Assembly (NCBI GenBank): GCA_035760865.1 | Contig: DASTSE010000378.1 | Location: forward strand, 1-36,463 | Direction of reading: 5' to 3' | Source of the DNA: Dokdonella sp. | Lineage (GTDB): Bacteria > Pseudomonadota > Gammaproteobacteria > Xanthomonadales > Rhodanobacteraceae | Length of the DNA: 36,463 nt | Part shown: positions 17,753 to 28,410 of the stretch, one piece after another | Layout: each line of letters opens with the position of its first letter | How positions within the stretch are numbered: the stretch's first letter is position 1 | Translations under genes and position numbers: made by a program | The notes under the pieces: generated by a model | Seen by the model: only the letters and a program-made list of their open reading frames with translations | What the model was told of the DNA's origin: nothing | Database searches by the model: none

Positions 17753-17879
17753 GGCGAAATACGGCATCCACTGCGGTGAAGAGGTTGTCGCGAAGCCGTC
17801 GCAGATCCTGCGACTCGGTGGCTTGCGCGGCCGCGGCGGAATGCGCAGGATGCGCCGTTTTCACCCGGTCGCGCCCGCC

Positions 17880-18632
17880 ATGCCGCTGCTCCTGCTCGCT
17901 TCGTTCGCGCTCACGATCCTGTGCGCCATCCACGTCGTGCGCAGCGGCAGGCCGCTGTACTGGATCTGGCTGCTGCTGATCGGCTCCTATCTCGCCGTCG
18001 CGGTCTACGTGTTCATCGCGGTGCTGCCGGACCTGCGCAACGACCCGCGCAGCCGCACGGCGGCCCGGCGCGTGCTCGAGACGATCGACCCCGAGCGCCG
18101 TCGCCGCGCGATCCGCGAACGGCTCGAACTCGCCGACACGACCGACAATCGCCGCGCGCTCGCCGAGGAATGCCTGCGCCTCGGCGACTGCGGCAACGCC
18201 GCCGAACTGTACGCGTCGGTCCTCGAGGGCATGTACGCGACCGAGCCGCAGTTCATGCTCGGGCTTGCGCAGGCGCAAGCCGGCGCCGGCGACTTCGCCG
18301 CTGCTCGTGCGACGCTCGATGCGCTGATCGCGGCGAACCCCGCGTTCCGCTCGGCCGACGGCCACCTGCTCTACGCGCGCTGCCTCGAGGAGCTCGGCGA
18401 GCACGATGCCGCGCTCGCCGAGTACGAGGTGCTCGCGCGCAGCTATCCGGGCGAGCAGGCGCGCTACCGCTACGCAAACCTGCTGCGCCGGCGCGACCGC
18501 GCCGCCGACGCCCGCACGGTGCTGCAGGACATGCTCAAGCGAGCGCGCCTCGCGCCTCGCTATTACCGGCGCAAGGAGCGCGAATGGCTCGATGCGGCGA
18601 AGCGCGATCTCGGCGCGCTCGAGTCGGGCTGA
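17880..18632 (+). CDS. Membrane-anchored TPR protein
   Basis: Two N-terminal TM helices (CAIHVVRSGRPLYWIWLLL) followed by TPR-like helices; ends RKEREWL. Confidence 0.8.
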   Translation: MPLLLLASFALTILCAIHVVRSGRPLYWIWLLLIGSYLAVAVYVFIAVLPDLRNDPRSRTAARRVLETIDPERRRRAIRERLELADTTDNRRALAEECLRLGDCGNAAELYASVLEGMYATEPQFMLGLAQAQAGAGDFAAARATLDALIAANPAFRSADGHLLYARCLEELGEHDAALAEYEVLARSYPGEQARYRYANLLRRRDRAADARTVLQDMLKRARLAPRYYRRKEREWLDAAKRDLGALESG

Positions 18633-18645
18633 ACCGCTTCGCCGG

Positions 18646-20502
18646 TCAACCCTTCGTCTTCTTCGCGAGCGCCTTCTCGACACCCGCGCGTGTGAGCGGG
18701 TGGTAGCCCGGCTTCGCCTTCGCGTAGACGCCGCGCGCGAACGCGAGGCCGTCCGGCGTCTTCGCGAGTTCCTCGTACAGCGGCAGGACCAGGTAGCGCC
18801 GGCCGATGCGCGACATGTAGGCGGCCATCTGCTCGCGCGCGGGGCGATAGTCGGCGCGGATCGCGGCCAGGTACCAGCGCCGTGCGATCTCCGCGTTGGC
18901 GGCCCCGGTGAGGTGCCAGGCCGCGTCGAACTCGGCGAGCTGCGCCGTCTTCAGCGGCCGCGGCAGGCCGTCGAGGAAGTACATCCATTCCTGGGTGTTC
19001 CAACCCTTCGCGTCGAGGTCGGCCGCCTTGCGCGTGCCGGCGAGCCATTCGGCGCGCTGCCGCGCGATCGATGCGAAGCGCTCCGACGTCGGCACGTTCG
19101 CGTCGGCCGGTATGCCCGGCTGTTCGATCCACGCCTTGACCTCGGCGAGGCTCATCTTACCCGGATACTTCGCCAGCAGGTTCGGTTCGAGGTACGCGAG
19201 CATCTGCTCGGTCGTGATGCTCTGGAACGCGAAATGGTCGAAGTAGCCGCGCAGGTAGGCGTCGAACGCGTCGCGGCCGAACTTCGCCTCGAGCGTGCGC
19301 AGCAACCACGCGCCCTTCGTGTAGGCGACGTCGGAACCGGCGTCGTCGGCATCGCGCGTGTCGAAGTCGGGCACGAGGCGCTGGTCCGGCTTCGGCATTT
19401 CGGCGAGTTCGCCGCGCAGTTCGTCGGCGGACAGGATGAACTCCTCGTCGGCCTGCGCCTTGCCGTAGACGGCCTCGACGATGCGGTTCTCGACATAGGT
19501 GGTGAAGCCTTCGTTGAGCCACATGTGCTTCCAGGCCGCGTTCGTGACGAGGTTGCCGGACCAGGAATGCGCGAGCTCGTGCGCGACCAGCGAGACGAGG
19601 CTCTTGTCGCCGACCAGCACGGTCGGCGTCGCGAACGTGAGGCGCGGGTTCTCCATGCCGCCGAACGGGAAACTCGGCGGCAGCACGAGGATGTCGTAGC
19701 GGCCCCAGCGGTACGGGCCGTACAGCTTCTCGGTCGTCTCGATCATCTTCTCCGTGTCGGCGAACTCGTTCGCCGCCGATTCGACCACCGACGGCTCCGC
19801 GTACACCGCACTGCGCGGGCCGGTCTCGCGCACGGCGATGTCGCCGACCGCGATCGCGAGCAGGTACGACGGGATCGGCTTGTCCATGGTGAAGCGGAAG
19901 TCGCCGTCGAGCGCGTGCTTTGCGTCGTTGTCGGCGCTCATGACGACGCGCAGCGCCTTCGGCGCGCGCACGTGCGCGGTGTAGGTGAAGCGCACCGACG
20001 GCGTGTCCTGCAACGGAACCCAGCTGCGTGCGTGGATCGATTCCGACTGTGAGAACATGAACGGGTGCCGCTTGCCCGCGGTCTGCGCCGGCGTCATCCA
20101 CTGCAGCCCCGACGCCTGCGGCGAGCTGTGGTACGCGATGCGCACGCTCGCGGCCGGCCGGTCGAGGCGGATGCGCAGGGCCGAGCCGCGGATCGGATCG
20201 CGCCGGTCGAGCGCGAAACCGAGCACATGCACGGGGCCGCCGACCGCCTTCGCCTCGACGCCTTCGATCGTGAGGTCGCGCGTGTCGAGCACGAGCGTGC
20301 GCGCGGCGGGATCGTGCCAGTCGAGCTGCAGCTCGGCCGTGCCCGCTAGTTCGCGCTTGTCGAAGTCGACATCGAGGTCGAGTGCGACCGCGCTCACCGT
20401 CACCGCGTCGGTGTTCGCGTAGCTGTGCGGATCGGTCGCCGCGGCGGCGTCGGCCGCGAGCGGCAGCAGGGACAAAAGGAGCAGGCGCGAAAGGGCGGAC
20501 AC
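18646..20502 (-). CDS. Exported M1 aminopeptidase (leukotriene-A4-hydrolase-like)
   Basis: Signal peptide; DPHSYAN, FGGMENP, HELAHSW, WLNEGFT, IGRRYLVLPLY. GTG start near 20502. Confidence 0.93.
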   Translation of the reverse strand: MSALSRLLLLSLLPLAADAAAATDPHSYANTDAVTVSAVALDLDVDFDKRELAGTAELQLDWHDPAARTLVLDTRDLTIEGVEAKAVGGPVHVLGFALDRRDPIRGSALRIRLDRPAASVRIAYHSSPQASGLQWMTPAQTAGKRHPFMFSQSESIHARSWVPLQDTPSVRFTYTAHVRAPKALRVVMSADNDAKHALDGDFRFTMDKPIPSYLLAIAVGDIAVRETGPRSAVYAEPSVVESAANEFADTEKMIETTEKLYGPYRWGRYDILVLPPSFPFGGMENPRLTFATPTVLVGDKSLVSLVAHELAHSWSGNLVTNAAWKHMWLNEGFTTYVENRIVEAVYGKAQADEEFILSADELRGELAEMPKPDQRLVPDFDTRDADDAGSDVAYTKGAWLLRTLEAKFGRDAFDAYLRGYFDHFAFQSITTEQMLAYLEPNLLAKYPGKMSLAEVKAWIEQPGIPADANVPTSERFASIARQRAEWLAGTRKAADLDAKGWNTQEWMYFLDGLPRPLKTAQLAEFDAAWHLTGAANAEIARRWYLAAIRADYRPAREQMAAYMSRIGRRYLVLPLYEELAKTPDGLAFARGVYAKAKPGYHPLTRAGVEKALAKKTKG

Positions 20503-20640
20503 GGCGGTACCTCGACGGCTGGGCGATGGCGGCGGAACTTGGATTGTCGCCCAATCAAGCGGTTCGCGCTGCGGCGCGCGAACCCGGGCGTCGCGTGCGG
20601 CGCCACGGACGCGTCGCGAACGACGCGTCCCGGCGCGCAC

Positions 20641-22233
20641 TCAGTGCGCAGCCGCGGCGAGCGCGTGATCGTAGAAGCGGTCGAGGTCGGCCTTGAACTG
20701 CTTCAGTGCGTCGACGTTGAGATACACCATGTGCCCGGAGGGGTAATAGGTGAGCGTCACGTTGCCGCGCAGCGACGCATCGAGCTGCATGTGCGAGAGG
20801 TCGTATTCGGTCGCGAAGAAGGGCGTCGCGAGGTCGAACCAGCCGTTCGCCGACAGCACCTGCAGTTTCGGGTTCTCGCGCATCGCTCGCGCGAGGTCGG
20901 CCGCGACGTACGGCACGCGCTGCGGGAAGCGCGAGCCGGGCTGCTCGTGCTTCCAGTCCCATTCGCGGATGATGTCGGGGCCGGTACGCACGTACGGCGT
21001 ATCGCTGCTCCACTTCAGCGTGTCTTCGGCGTAGTGGTTGAACGCGGCGATGTAGGCGCCCGTGATCGCGGTCGAGGACGGATCGAACTCGGGGTTCTCG
21101 CCCGCGGCATCGAGGTCGATGCCTTCGTAACGGCCGTCGTAGCGGCCGACCGTGCGGCGTTCGTCGCGCAGCAGCTCCTTGCGGAAACGGCTCTGGTTCA
21201 CGCGCAGGTTCGCCTCCTTGAGATACTGCGGCGACAGCCCGGTGTAGCGCGACAGCTTCGCCGCGATCGCGTCGAGTTCGGCCGGCGACAGGTTCTGCCC
21301 CTTGGCGAGCGCGGTCGCGTATTCGCCCGCGGCGAACGCACGCGCGCCGGCGAGGAACGCGTCGAGGTCGGCCGGTTTGTCCGCCACCTTGTCGTGGTAC
21401 CACGCGATCGCCGCGAGCGTCGGCAGCGCGCCGACGTAGGTCTGGTCGAGGCCGGGCGCGTTGGCGCCGTAGTTGAGGATCGACGACAGCAGCACGACGC
21501 CGTTGAAGGCCATGCCGTCGTTCTGCAGTTTGTCGACGAGCGCGGCCGATCGGGTCGTGCCGTACGACTCGCCGAACAGGAACTTCGGCGCGTTCCAACG
21601 GTGGTTGATCGTCACGTAGCGCGTGATCGCCTTCGCGAACGCGTCGACGTCCTGGTCGACGCCCCAGAAATCCTTGCCCTTGCCCTTGCCGACGGGTACC
21701 GAGAATCCGGTACCGACCGCGTCGATGAAGACGAGGTCGCTGCGGTCGATGAGGCTGTACGCGTTCGGCACGAGCCGGTACGGCGGCGGTGCGGTCGCTG
21801 CCGCACTCGCCGATTCGACGCGCACGGGCGCGACCGAACCCATGTGCAGCCATACGCTCGGCGAACCCGGGCCGCCGTTGTAGAAAAACGTCACCGGCCG
21901 CTCGCCCGCGCCACGGGCGGTATCGGCACCCGCGCGACGCGCGGTATCGGCAGTGTAGGCGACGTAGAACACGCTCGCGTTCGGCCGGTTCTCCTTGTCG
22001 TGGATGAGCACGTTGCCCGCGGTCGCGGTGTAACGCACCGTGCGGCCGCCGACGTCGACGCTGCCGTGCGACACCGCGCTCCTTTCGGGCGGCACCGGTT
22101 TCTCGTCCTTCTTCGCCGACATGGCGTCCTTGCCGGCCGAATCGGCGTCCTTGTCGTCCTGCGCCGCCTGCACGGCGAGCGGGAACGCGAGCAGCAGCGA
22201 GGCGAGCAGCGCCCCGAACGGTTTGCGACGCAT
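20641..22233 (-). CDS. Exported S10 serine carboxypeptidase
   Basis: Signal peptide; YNGGPGSPS, FIDAVGTGFS, FGESYGTTR, DLATP, SGHMVY. Confidence 0.9.
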   Translation of the reverse strand: MRRKPFGALLASLLLAFPLAVQAAQDDKDADSAGKDAMSAKKDEKPVPPERSAVSHGSVDVGGRTVRYTATAGNVLIHDKENRPNASVFYVAYTADTARRAGADTARGAGERPVTFFYNGGPGSPSVWLHMGSVAPVRVESASAAATAPPPYRLVPNAYSLIDRSDLVFIDAVGTGFSVPVGKGKGKDFWGVDQDVDAFAKAITRYVTINHRWNAPKFLFGESYGTTRSAALVDKLQNDGMAFNGVVLLSSILNYGANAPGLDQTYVGALPTLAAIAWYHDKVADKPADLDAFLAGARAFAAGEYATALAKGQNLSPAELDAIAAKLSRYTGLSPQYLKEANLRVNQSRFRKELLRDERRTVGRYDGRYEGIDLDAAGENPEFDPSSTAITGAYIAAFNHYAEDTLKWSSDTPYVRTGPDIIREWDWKHEQPGSRFPQRVPYVAADLARAMRENPKLQVLSANGWFDLATPFFATEYDLSHMQLDASLRGNVTLTYYPSGHMVYLNVDALKQFKADLDRFYDHALAAAAH

Positions 22234-22369
22234 CACGGAAACCCCCTGGCTGGTCGACACGAAGCGTGCAGACTGCTCCCGCGCCCGCCGCGCCGCCCGT
22301 GACGAAAGTGCGGGTCCGATGTAAACGCGGTGCAAAGACCGCAGCGGGCCGTTCGCGCCGCCGCGCGAC

Positions 22370-23143
22370 TCAGACGCGGTAGCCGCGATGGATCGCGACG
22401 ATGCCCGCGGACAGGTTGCGCACGTCCACGCGCGCGAGGCCGGCGGCCTCCATCATCGCCTTGAGCGTGTCCTGGTCCGGGTGCTTGCGGATCGACTCGG
22501 CGAGGTAGCGGTAGCTCGCGGCGTCGCCGGCGATGAGCGCGCCGATGCGCGGCAGAACATGGAACGAATGGAAGTCGTACAGCGGCTTGAGGAACTCGGC
22601 CCGCACGGCGGAGAACTCGAGCACGAGCGCGCGGCCACCGATCTTGAGCACGCGGTGGATCTCGGCGAGCGCGTCCTGCTTGCGCGTGACATTGCGCAGG
22701 CCGAACGCCATCGTCACGCAGTCGAAGCTGCGGTCGGGGAACGGCAGCGCTTCGGCGTCCATGCGCGACCAGTCCAGTCCGTGCACGAGGCCACGGTCGA
22801 GCAGGCGGTCGCGACCGACGCGCAGCATGTCGCCGTTGATGTCGCCGACGACGACGCGGCCCGAACCGGTCGCGCCCGGCCGCACCTTCGGCAGCAGCAG
22901 CGCGGCGATGTCGCCGGTGCCGCCGGCGAGGTCGAGCACGACGTCGCCTTCGCGCACGCCGCTGGTCGCGACGAAGTAGCGCTTCCAGAGCCGGTGCACG
23001 CCGAACGACATGAGGTCGTTCATGATGTCGTACTTGCGCGCGACGGACGTGAATACTTCGCCGACGAGGCGCGCCTTGTCGGCCTCGGGCACGTCGCGAT
23101 AGCCGAAATGGGTGGTGCCTGGCTTGCCGGTCGTTTCGCTCAT
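22370..23143 (-). CDS. ubiE: Ubiquinone/menaquinone C-methyltransferase
   Basis: [51 protein letters not shown]. Confidence 0.96.
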   Translation of the reverse strand: MSETTGKPGTTHFGYRDVPEADKARLVGEVFTSVARKYDIMNDLMSFGVHRLWKRYFVATSGVREGDVVLDLAGGTGDIAALLLPKVRPGATGSGRVVVGDINGDMLRVGRDRLLDRGLVHGLDWSRMDAEALPFPDRSFDCVTMAFGLRNVTRKQDALAEIHRVLKIGGRALVLEFSAVRAEFLKPLYDFHSFHVLPRIGALIAGDAASYRYLAESIRKHPDQDTLKAMMEAAGLARVDVRNLSAGIVAIHRGYRV

Positions 23144-23272
23144 GGCGTGCATGGTACCGCAGGCGCGGTGCGGCCCGCGTTGCGCCGGCGCCCGCGATTC
23201 GCATAATGCGCGGGGCGCTCCGCCGGGAGCGGCCGCACGCGGCGTCGCGCCGCAGGGGCGGGGAGCATCGAC

Positions 23273-23809
23273 ATGCTGGTCTGGTGGCTCGGCGCGATCG
23301 CGCTGTTCGTGGTGGCGGCCGCGATCGTGCTGTTCAACGATCTCGTCGCCGCGCGCAACCAGGTGCGATCGGCATGGAGCGACATCGACGTGCAGCTCAC
23401 GCGCCGCCACGACCTCGTGCCGCAGCTCGTCGCCGCCGTGCAGGGCTACGCCGGGCACGAGCGCGCGACGCTGAGCCTCGTCACCGAGCTGCGCGCGCGC
23501 GCGATGGCCGCGTCGACGTTGCACGACAAGGCGCAACGGGAGGGCGAACTCGCTGCGCAGGTGCAGCGCATCCTCGCGCTGCAGGAGAGCTACCCCGACC
23601 TCAAGGCGAGCGACAACTTCCTCGCCCTGCAGCGCGACCTCGTCGCGATCGAGGACCACCTGCAGTATGCGAGGCGCTTCTACAATGGCGCCGTGCGCGA
23701 CCTCAACACCAGGATCGAGTCGTTCCCGTCGCTGCTCGTCGCGCGCGCGGCGCGTTTCCGCGCAGCCGAATTCTTCCGCCAGGGCGAAGCCCAGGAGGCG
23801 CCGCAGTGA
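23273..23809 (+). CDS. lemA: LemA family protein
   Basis: N-terminal TM; [47 protein letters not shown]. Confidence 0.92.
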   Translation: MLVWWLGAIALFVVAAAIVLFNDLVAARNQVRSAWSDIDVQLTRRHDLVPQLVAAVQGYAGHERATLSLVTELRARAMAASTLHDKAQREGELAAQVQRILALQESYPDLKASDNFLALQRDLVAIEDHLQYARRFYNGAVRDLNTRIESFPSLLVARAARFRAAEFFRQGEAQEAPQ

Positions 23810-25725
23810 GTCGATTGCGCTGCATCGCGTGGCTGCTCGCCACGGCGTTCGCATGGCCGGCGGGCGCGGCCGCCGACGAGCGCATCCTGTCGTTCCAGAG
23901 CGCGATCGAAGTCGCGCCCGACGGCGGCATGGACGTCACGGAGACGATCCGCGTGCGCGCGGAGGGCGAGAGCATCCGCCATGGCATCTACCGCGACTTC
24001 CCGACCGACTACAAGGATCGCTGGCACAACGCGGTGCACGTCGCGTTCGAGCCGCGCGCATTGACCCGCGACGGCCAGACCGAGCCGTTCCATACGGAGC
24101 GAAAAGGCAACGGCGTGCGCGTCTACTTCGGTTCGAAGGAGACGACGCTCGCACCCGGCGTGTACACCTACGCGTTCGACTACCACACGAGCCGCCAGCT
24201 CGGCTTCTTCGCCGACCATGACGAGCTCTACTGGAACGTGACCGGCAACGGCTGGGATTTCCCGATCGACGAGGCGACCGCGACCGTCGGCTTGCCCGGG
24301 TCGATCGCCGAGTCGGACCTGCGCCTCGACGCCTACACGGGGCCTGAAGGGGCACAAGGCAAGGACTGGAGCGCGCATGCGGTCGGTGCCTCGCGCGTGG
24401 CGTTCGCGACGACGCGCACGCTCGCGCCGCGCGAGGGGCTCACGGTCGCGGTCGGTTTTCCGAAAGGCATCATCGCCGCACCCAGCGGGCGCCAGCGCAT
24501 CGCTTGGTTCCTCGGCGACAACGCAGGCGTGCTCGCGTCGGTCGCCGGACTGCTGCTCGTGCTCGCCTACTACGTCGTGCAATGGTCGCGCGTCGGGCGC
24601 GATCCGAAGCCGGGCACGATCATTCCGCTGTATGAGCCTCCGGCCGGCCACACGCCCGGCGCGCTCCGCTACGTCGAGCGCATGGGCTGGGACGACCGCT
24701 GCGTCGCCGCCGACATCGTCGACGCCGCCGTGCGCGGCGCGATCCGCATCGCCGACGACGGCGGCGACTACCGCATCGAGCGCAACGGGAAGGTCGAGCT
24801 GCCGCCGACTGAATCGCGCCTCGTCGCCGACCTGCTCGCCGGCGATGACGCCTTCACGTTCAAGCAGTCCTCCCATTCGCGCATCTCGAAGGCGCTCGAC
24901 GCGCACAAGAAGGCGCTGAAGGCGGGCTACGCCGACAGCCACTTCCGCAAGAACGGCGGCCTCGTCGTGATCGGCGTGCTCGTCACCGCCGCGACGGTGA
25001 TCGGCGCCGCCCTGCTCCTGGGCGACGCGGGCCGCACCGCAGGCGCCGCCTTCATGCTGGTCTGGCTCAGCGGCTGGAGCGTCGGCGTGTTCGCGCTGTG
25101 CGCGAAGGTGGTGAGCGCGTGGCGCATGGTCGGGCGCGGATCGCTCGGCAAGCGAACCGCGGCGACGGTCGCGGCGATCTTCCTCAGCGTGTTCGCCTTG
25201 CCGTTCGTCGCGGGCGAGCTGTTCGGGCTCGGCGCGCTCGTCATGCTGGCCGGCGTCGCGTTCGCGATCGCGATCGTCGCATTGATCGCGACCAATGTCG
25301 TGTTCGCCTGGCTCATGAAGGCGCCGACGACGACCGGTCGCCGCCTGCTCGACCAGATCGACGGCCTGCGCCTCTACCTCGGCGTCGCCGAGCGCGACGA
25401 GCTCGCTGCGCAGAAGGCGCCGCCGATGAGTGCGGACCAGTTCCACCGCATGCTGCCGTACGCGCTCGCGCTCGGCGTCGAGGAGAACTGGACGAACCTG
25501 TTCGCCGCGGCGGTCGGGCCGGCCGCCGCGGCGGCCGCAGTCGCAGGCGCCGGCTGGTACCACGGCGCGTCGATCGGCAACGTCAGCGGCTTTGCGAGCG
25601 ACCTCGGTTCGTCGTTCGGCAGCGCGATCTCGTCCTCGTCGAGCGCACCCGGCTCGTCGTCGGGCGGTGGCGGTGGCGGCTCGTCGGGTGGTGGTGGCGG
25701 AGGCGGCGGGGGCGGCGGCTGGTAG
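23806..25725 (+). CDS. DUF2207 membrane protein
   Basis: Signal peptide; [28 protein letters not shown], several TMs, LPYALALG, Gly/Ser-rich tail ending GGGGW. GTG start overlaps the lemA stop (GTGA). Confidence 0.88.
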   Translation: MSRLRCIAWLLATAFAWPAGAAADERILSFQSAIEVAPDGGMDVTETIRVRAEGESIRHGIYRDFPTDYKDRWHNAVHVAFEPRALTRDGQTEPFHTERKGNGVRVYFGSKETTLAPGVYTYAFDYHTSRQLGFFADHDELYWNVTGNGWDFPIDEATATVGLPGSIAESDLRLDAYTGPEGAQGKDWSAHAVGASRVAFATTRTLAPREGLTVAVGFPKGIIAAPSGRQRIAWFLGDNAGVLASVAGLLLVLAYYVVQWSRVGRDPKPGTIIPLYEPPAGHTPGALRYVERMGWDDRCVAADIVDAAVRGAIRIADDGGDYRIERNGKVELPPTESRLVADLLAGDDAFTFKQSSHSRISKALDAHKKALKAGYADSHFRKNGGLVVIGVLVTAATVIGAALLLGDAGRTAGAAFMLVWLSGWSVGVFALCAKVVSAWRMVGRGSLGKRTAATVAAIFLSVFALPFVAGELFGLGALVMLAGVAFAIAIVALIATNVVFAWLMKAPTTTGRRLLDQIDGLRLYLGVAERDELAAQKAPPMSADQFHRMLPYALALGVEENWTNLFAAAVGPAAAAAAVAGAGWYHGASIGNVSGFASDLGSSFGSAISSSSSAPGSSSGGGGGGSSGGGGGGGGGGGW

Positions 25726-25730
25726 GCCGT

Positions 25731-26084
25731 TCAGCGCGCGAGTCCGTTCGCGGCGAGTGCGTCGAGATACGCCTGCCAGTTGCGCGCATGGTCGCGGCCG
25801 AGGTCGTGCAGCACGCCCCACGAGAACAGCCCGCTCGCATGGCCGTCGGAGAACCGCAGCAGCACCGCGTAGTTGCCGACGGGCTCGACCGCGTCGATCG
25901 CGACGTCGCGCTTGCCCGCGACGAGTACCTTCTGCCCCGGACCGTGGCCCTGCACCTCCGCGCTCGGCGAGTGCACGCGCAGGTACTCGGCGGGCAGGCG
26001 GTAGCTCGCGCCGTCGTCGAACTCGACCTCGAGCGCATGCGAGGCGCGATGCAACACGATGCGTGTAGGTATCGGTGCGCTCAT
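25731..26084 (-). CDS. DUF971 / gamma-butyrobetaine hydroxylase-like N-terminal domain protein
   Basis: LPAEYLRVHSPSAEVQGHG, EPVGNYAV, FSDGHASGLFSW. Confidence 0.88.
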   Translation of the reverse strand: MSAPIPTRIVLHRASHALEVEFDDGASYRLPAEYLRVHSPSAEVQGHGPGQKVLVAGKRDVAIDAVEPVGNYAVLLRFSDGHASGLFSWGVLHDLGRDHARNWQAYLDALAANGLAR

Positions 26085-26248
26085 CGTCGTCCATGGCCGG
26101 GCACGTGCGGGATCGACGACGCTCCGCACGCGAAACGGCTGTTCGTGAAAAGTGCGGCCGTGGATGGCCACTCCGGACCCGCCGGGCTCGTGCCGCGCCG
26201 ACGACCGCAACGTCGCCGGCGAGCCGCGGTCACCGACGATCGCAAGGC

Positions 26249-26857
26249 TCAATGCACCTGCTGCGGAGCACGCGGCTGCTGCGGATCGCCGGGCAGGCCG
26301 GCCACTTGCCACAGCGCGTCGAGGTAGCCGGATCCGAAGCCGATCGAACCGAGCCCGTCCAGTTCGTAGGCGCCCGTGTCGGGATACCAGCGCGCGTTCG
26401 GATCGAGTTCGCGCAGCACGAGCGCATTCGGCTCGACCTCGGTGAGCTGGCCGACGTAGCTGATCTCACCCTCGTCGTCCTCGACCATGTTGAGCGAGAT
26501 CAGCGGCGCATACGCCATCGCCGAGCGCGCGATCGCCGCCCAGTCGTCGAGCTCGAATTCGTCGGGCACCTTGAGCGCCTCGCCGCGCAACGCGAGCGCC
26601 TTCTCGACGAACTCGCGCGACGGATCCTCTTCGATCGCACTGATGTCGGCGATCGCAATCGCGATGTAGCCGTCGAAGCGCATCGCGTCGCCGACTTCGG
26701 CGACGAGGCAGAAATCGCGCGACAGCGCGACGACGTAGCCGTGGATCACGCCCGCGTGCAGGCGCTCGCGCAGGATGCGCAAGGGAAGGCGTTGCTCGAA
26801 CGCCTCGCGAAGGTCGGCGCGCACGCCGCGCGCCTTGAACGGGACTACAGTGGTCAT
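26249..26857 (-). CDS. Hypothetical protein with two internally similar beta-rich halves
   Basis: Coding-like codon usage and globular composition; co-oriented downstream of hslU. Start at 26857 or 26875. Confidence 0.7.
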   Translation of the reverse strand: MTTVVPFKARGVRADLREAFEQRLPLRILRERLHAGVIHGYVVALSRDFCLVAEVGDAMRFDGYIAIAIADISAIEEDPSREFVEKALALRGEALKVPDEFELDDWAAIARSAMAYAPLISLNMVEDDEGEISYVGQLTEVEPNALVLRELDPNARWYPDTGAYELDGLGSIGFGSGYLDALWQVAGLPGDPQQPRAPQQVH

Positions 26858-26959
26858 GTGCGTATGGTCCGGCACTCGGGCCCGTGGCGCAACCGCGGCC
26901 TGCCCCCGGCGCTCGATCCATCCTGAACATCCGTACAGGTACGCGGCCGGTCCCCAGCC

Positions 26960-28291
26960 CTAGAGTATGTAGCGCGACAGGTCCTCATCGCGCACGAGGC
27001 CGCCAAGCCGCGCGTCGACGTACGCTGCATCGATGCGGTAGTGGTGGCCGCCACGATCGGAGGCCTCGTACGAGATTTCGTCGAGCAGCCGCTCGAGCAC
27101 CGTGTGCAGGCGGCGCGCGCCGATGTTCTCGGTGCGCTCGTTGACCTGGAACGCGATTTCGGCGAGCCGCGCGATGCCGTCCTCGACGAACTCGATCGTC
27201 ACGCCCTCGGTCGCGAGCAGCGCCGCGTACTGCTTCGTCAACGCGTGCTGCGGCTCGGCGAGGATGCGCCGGAAGTCGTTCGGGCCGAGCGCGGTGAGCT
27301 CGACCCGGATCGGGAACCGACCCTGCAGCTCCGGCACGAGGTCGGACGGCTTGGCGAGCGAGAACGCGCCCGAGGCGATGAACAGGATGTGGTCGGTTCG
27401 CACGATGCCGTACTTGGTCGACACGGCCGAGCCTTCGACGAGCGGCAGCAGGTCGCGCTGCACGCCTTCGCGCGATACGCCCGCGCCGCTGAATTCGCCG
27501 CGCTGCGCGACCTTGTCGATCTCGTCGATGAAGACGATGCCGTTCTGTTCCGCGCTCGCGATCGCCTGCGCCTTGATCTCCTCGTCGTTGACGAGCTTGC
27601 CCGCCTCCTCTTCGACGAGCATCGGCCGCGCCTGCGCGATCGGCAGCTTGCGCGACTGCGTCTTTTGCCCCTGCAGGGACTGGAACATGCCGCGCAGCTG
27701 GCTCGTCATCTCTTCCATGCCAGGCGGCGCCATGATCTCGACACCGATGTTCTGCGCGAACTCGAGCTCGATCTCGCGCGCATCGAGCGCGCCTTCGCGC
27801 AGCTGCTTGCGCAGCTTCTGGCGCGTGTCGGAATCGGCCGGATCGGCCTGGGCGTCGCCGTATCCGTGCAATTGCCGTCGCGGCAGCAGCGCGTCGAGGA
27901 TGCGTTCTTCGGCGCGATCCTCGGCCTGCGACCGCACGCGCGCCTTCGCCTGCTCGCGCGCCATCTTCACCGCGGCGTCGGCGAGGTCGCGCACGATCTG
28001 CTCGACATCCTTGCCGACATAGCCGACCTCGGTGAACTTGGTCGCCTCGACCTTGATGAACGGCGCATTCGCGAGCGCGGCGAGCCGGCGCGCGATCTCG
28101 GTCTTGCCGACGCCGGTCGGGCCGATCATGAGGATGTTCTTCGGCGTCACTTCCTCGCGCAGCCCCGGCTCGAGCTGCATGCGGAGCCAGCGGTTGCGCA
28201 GCGCGATCGCGACCGCGCGCTTGGCCGCAGTCTGCCCGATGATGTAGCGGTCCAGTTCGTCGACGATTTCGCGGGGAGTGAGTTCGCTCAT
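26960..28291 (-). CDS. hslU: ATP-dependent protease ATPase subunit HslU
   Basis: [48 protein letters not shown]. Confidence 0.97.
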   Translation of the reverse strand: MSELTPREIVDELDRYIIGQTAAKRAVAIALRNRWLRMQLEPGLREEVTPKNILMIGPTGVGKTEIARRLAALANAPFIKVEATKFTEVGYVGKDVEQIVRDLADAAVKMAREQAKARVRSQAEDRAEERILDALLPRRQLHGYGDAQADPADSDTRQKLRKQLREGALDAREIELEFAQNIGVEIMAPPGMEEMTSQLRGMFQSLQGQKTQSRKLPIAQARPMLVEEEAGKLVNDEEIKAQAIASAEQNGIVFIDEIDKVAQRGEFSGAGVSREGVQRDLLPLVEGSAVSTKYGIVRTDHILFIASGAFSLAKPSDLVPELQGRFPIRVELTALGPNDFRRILAEPQHALTKQYAALLATEGVTIEFVEDGIARLAEIAFQVNERTENIGARRLHTVLERLLDEISYEASDRGGHHYRIDAAYVDARLGGLVRDEDLSRYIL

Positions 28292-28294
28292 GGA

Positions 28295-28335
28295 GAAGCC
28301 GGGATTCGGGATTGGGGATTCGGGATTGGGGATCG
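28295..28335. repeat. Heptamer tandem repeat (GGGATTC/GGGATTG) between hslV and hslU
   Basis: GAAGCC-GGGATTC-GGGATTG-GGGATTC-GGGATTG-GGGATCG. On the minus strand it ends in CCGGCTTC, the same terminus as the 3220-3350 element. Confidence 0.8.
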
Positions 28336-28410
28336 TTCTTCGTCGACGATCGAACGAAGGCGCGGCGTTGTCGATAGCGACCGCTGCAATCACCCATCCG
28401 GAATTACCGA

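Noticed and set aside
25620-25725. GGC/GGT-rich tract
   Set aside because: Encodes the Gly/Ser tail typical of DUF2207 proteins.
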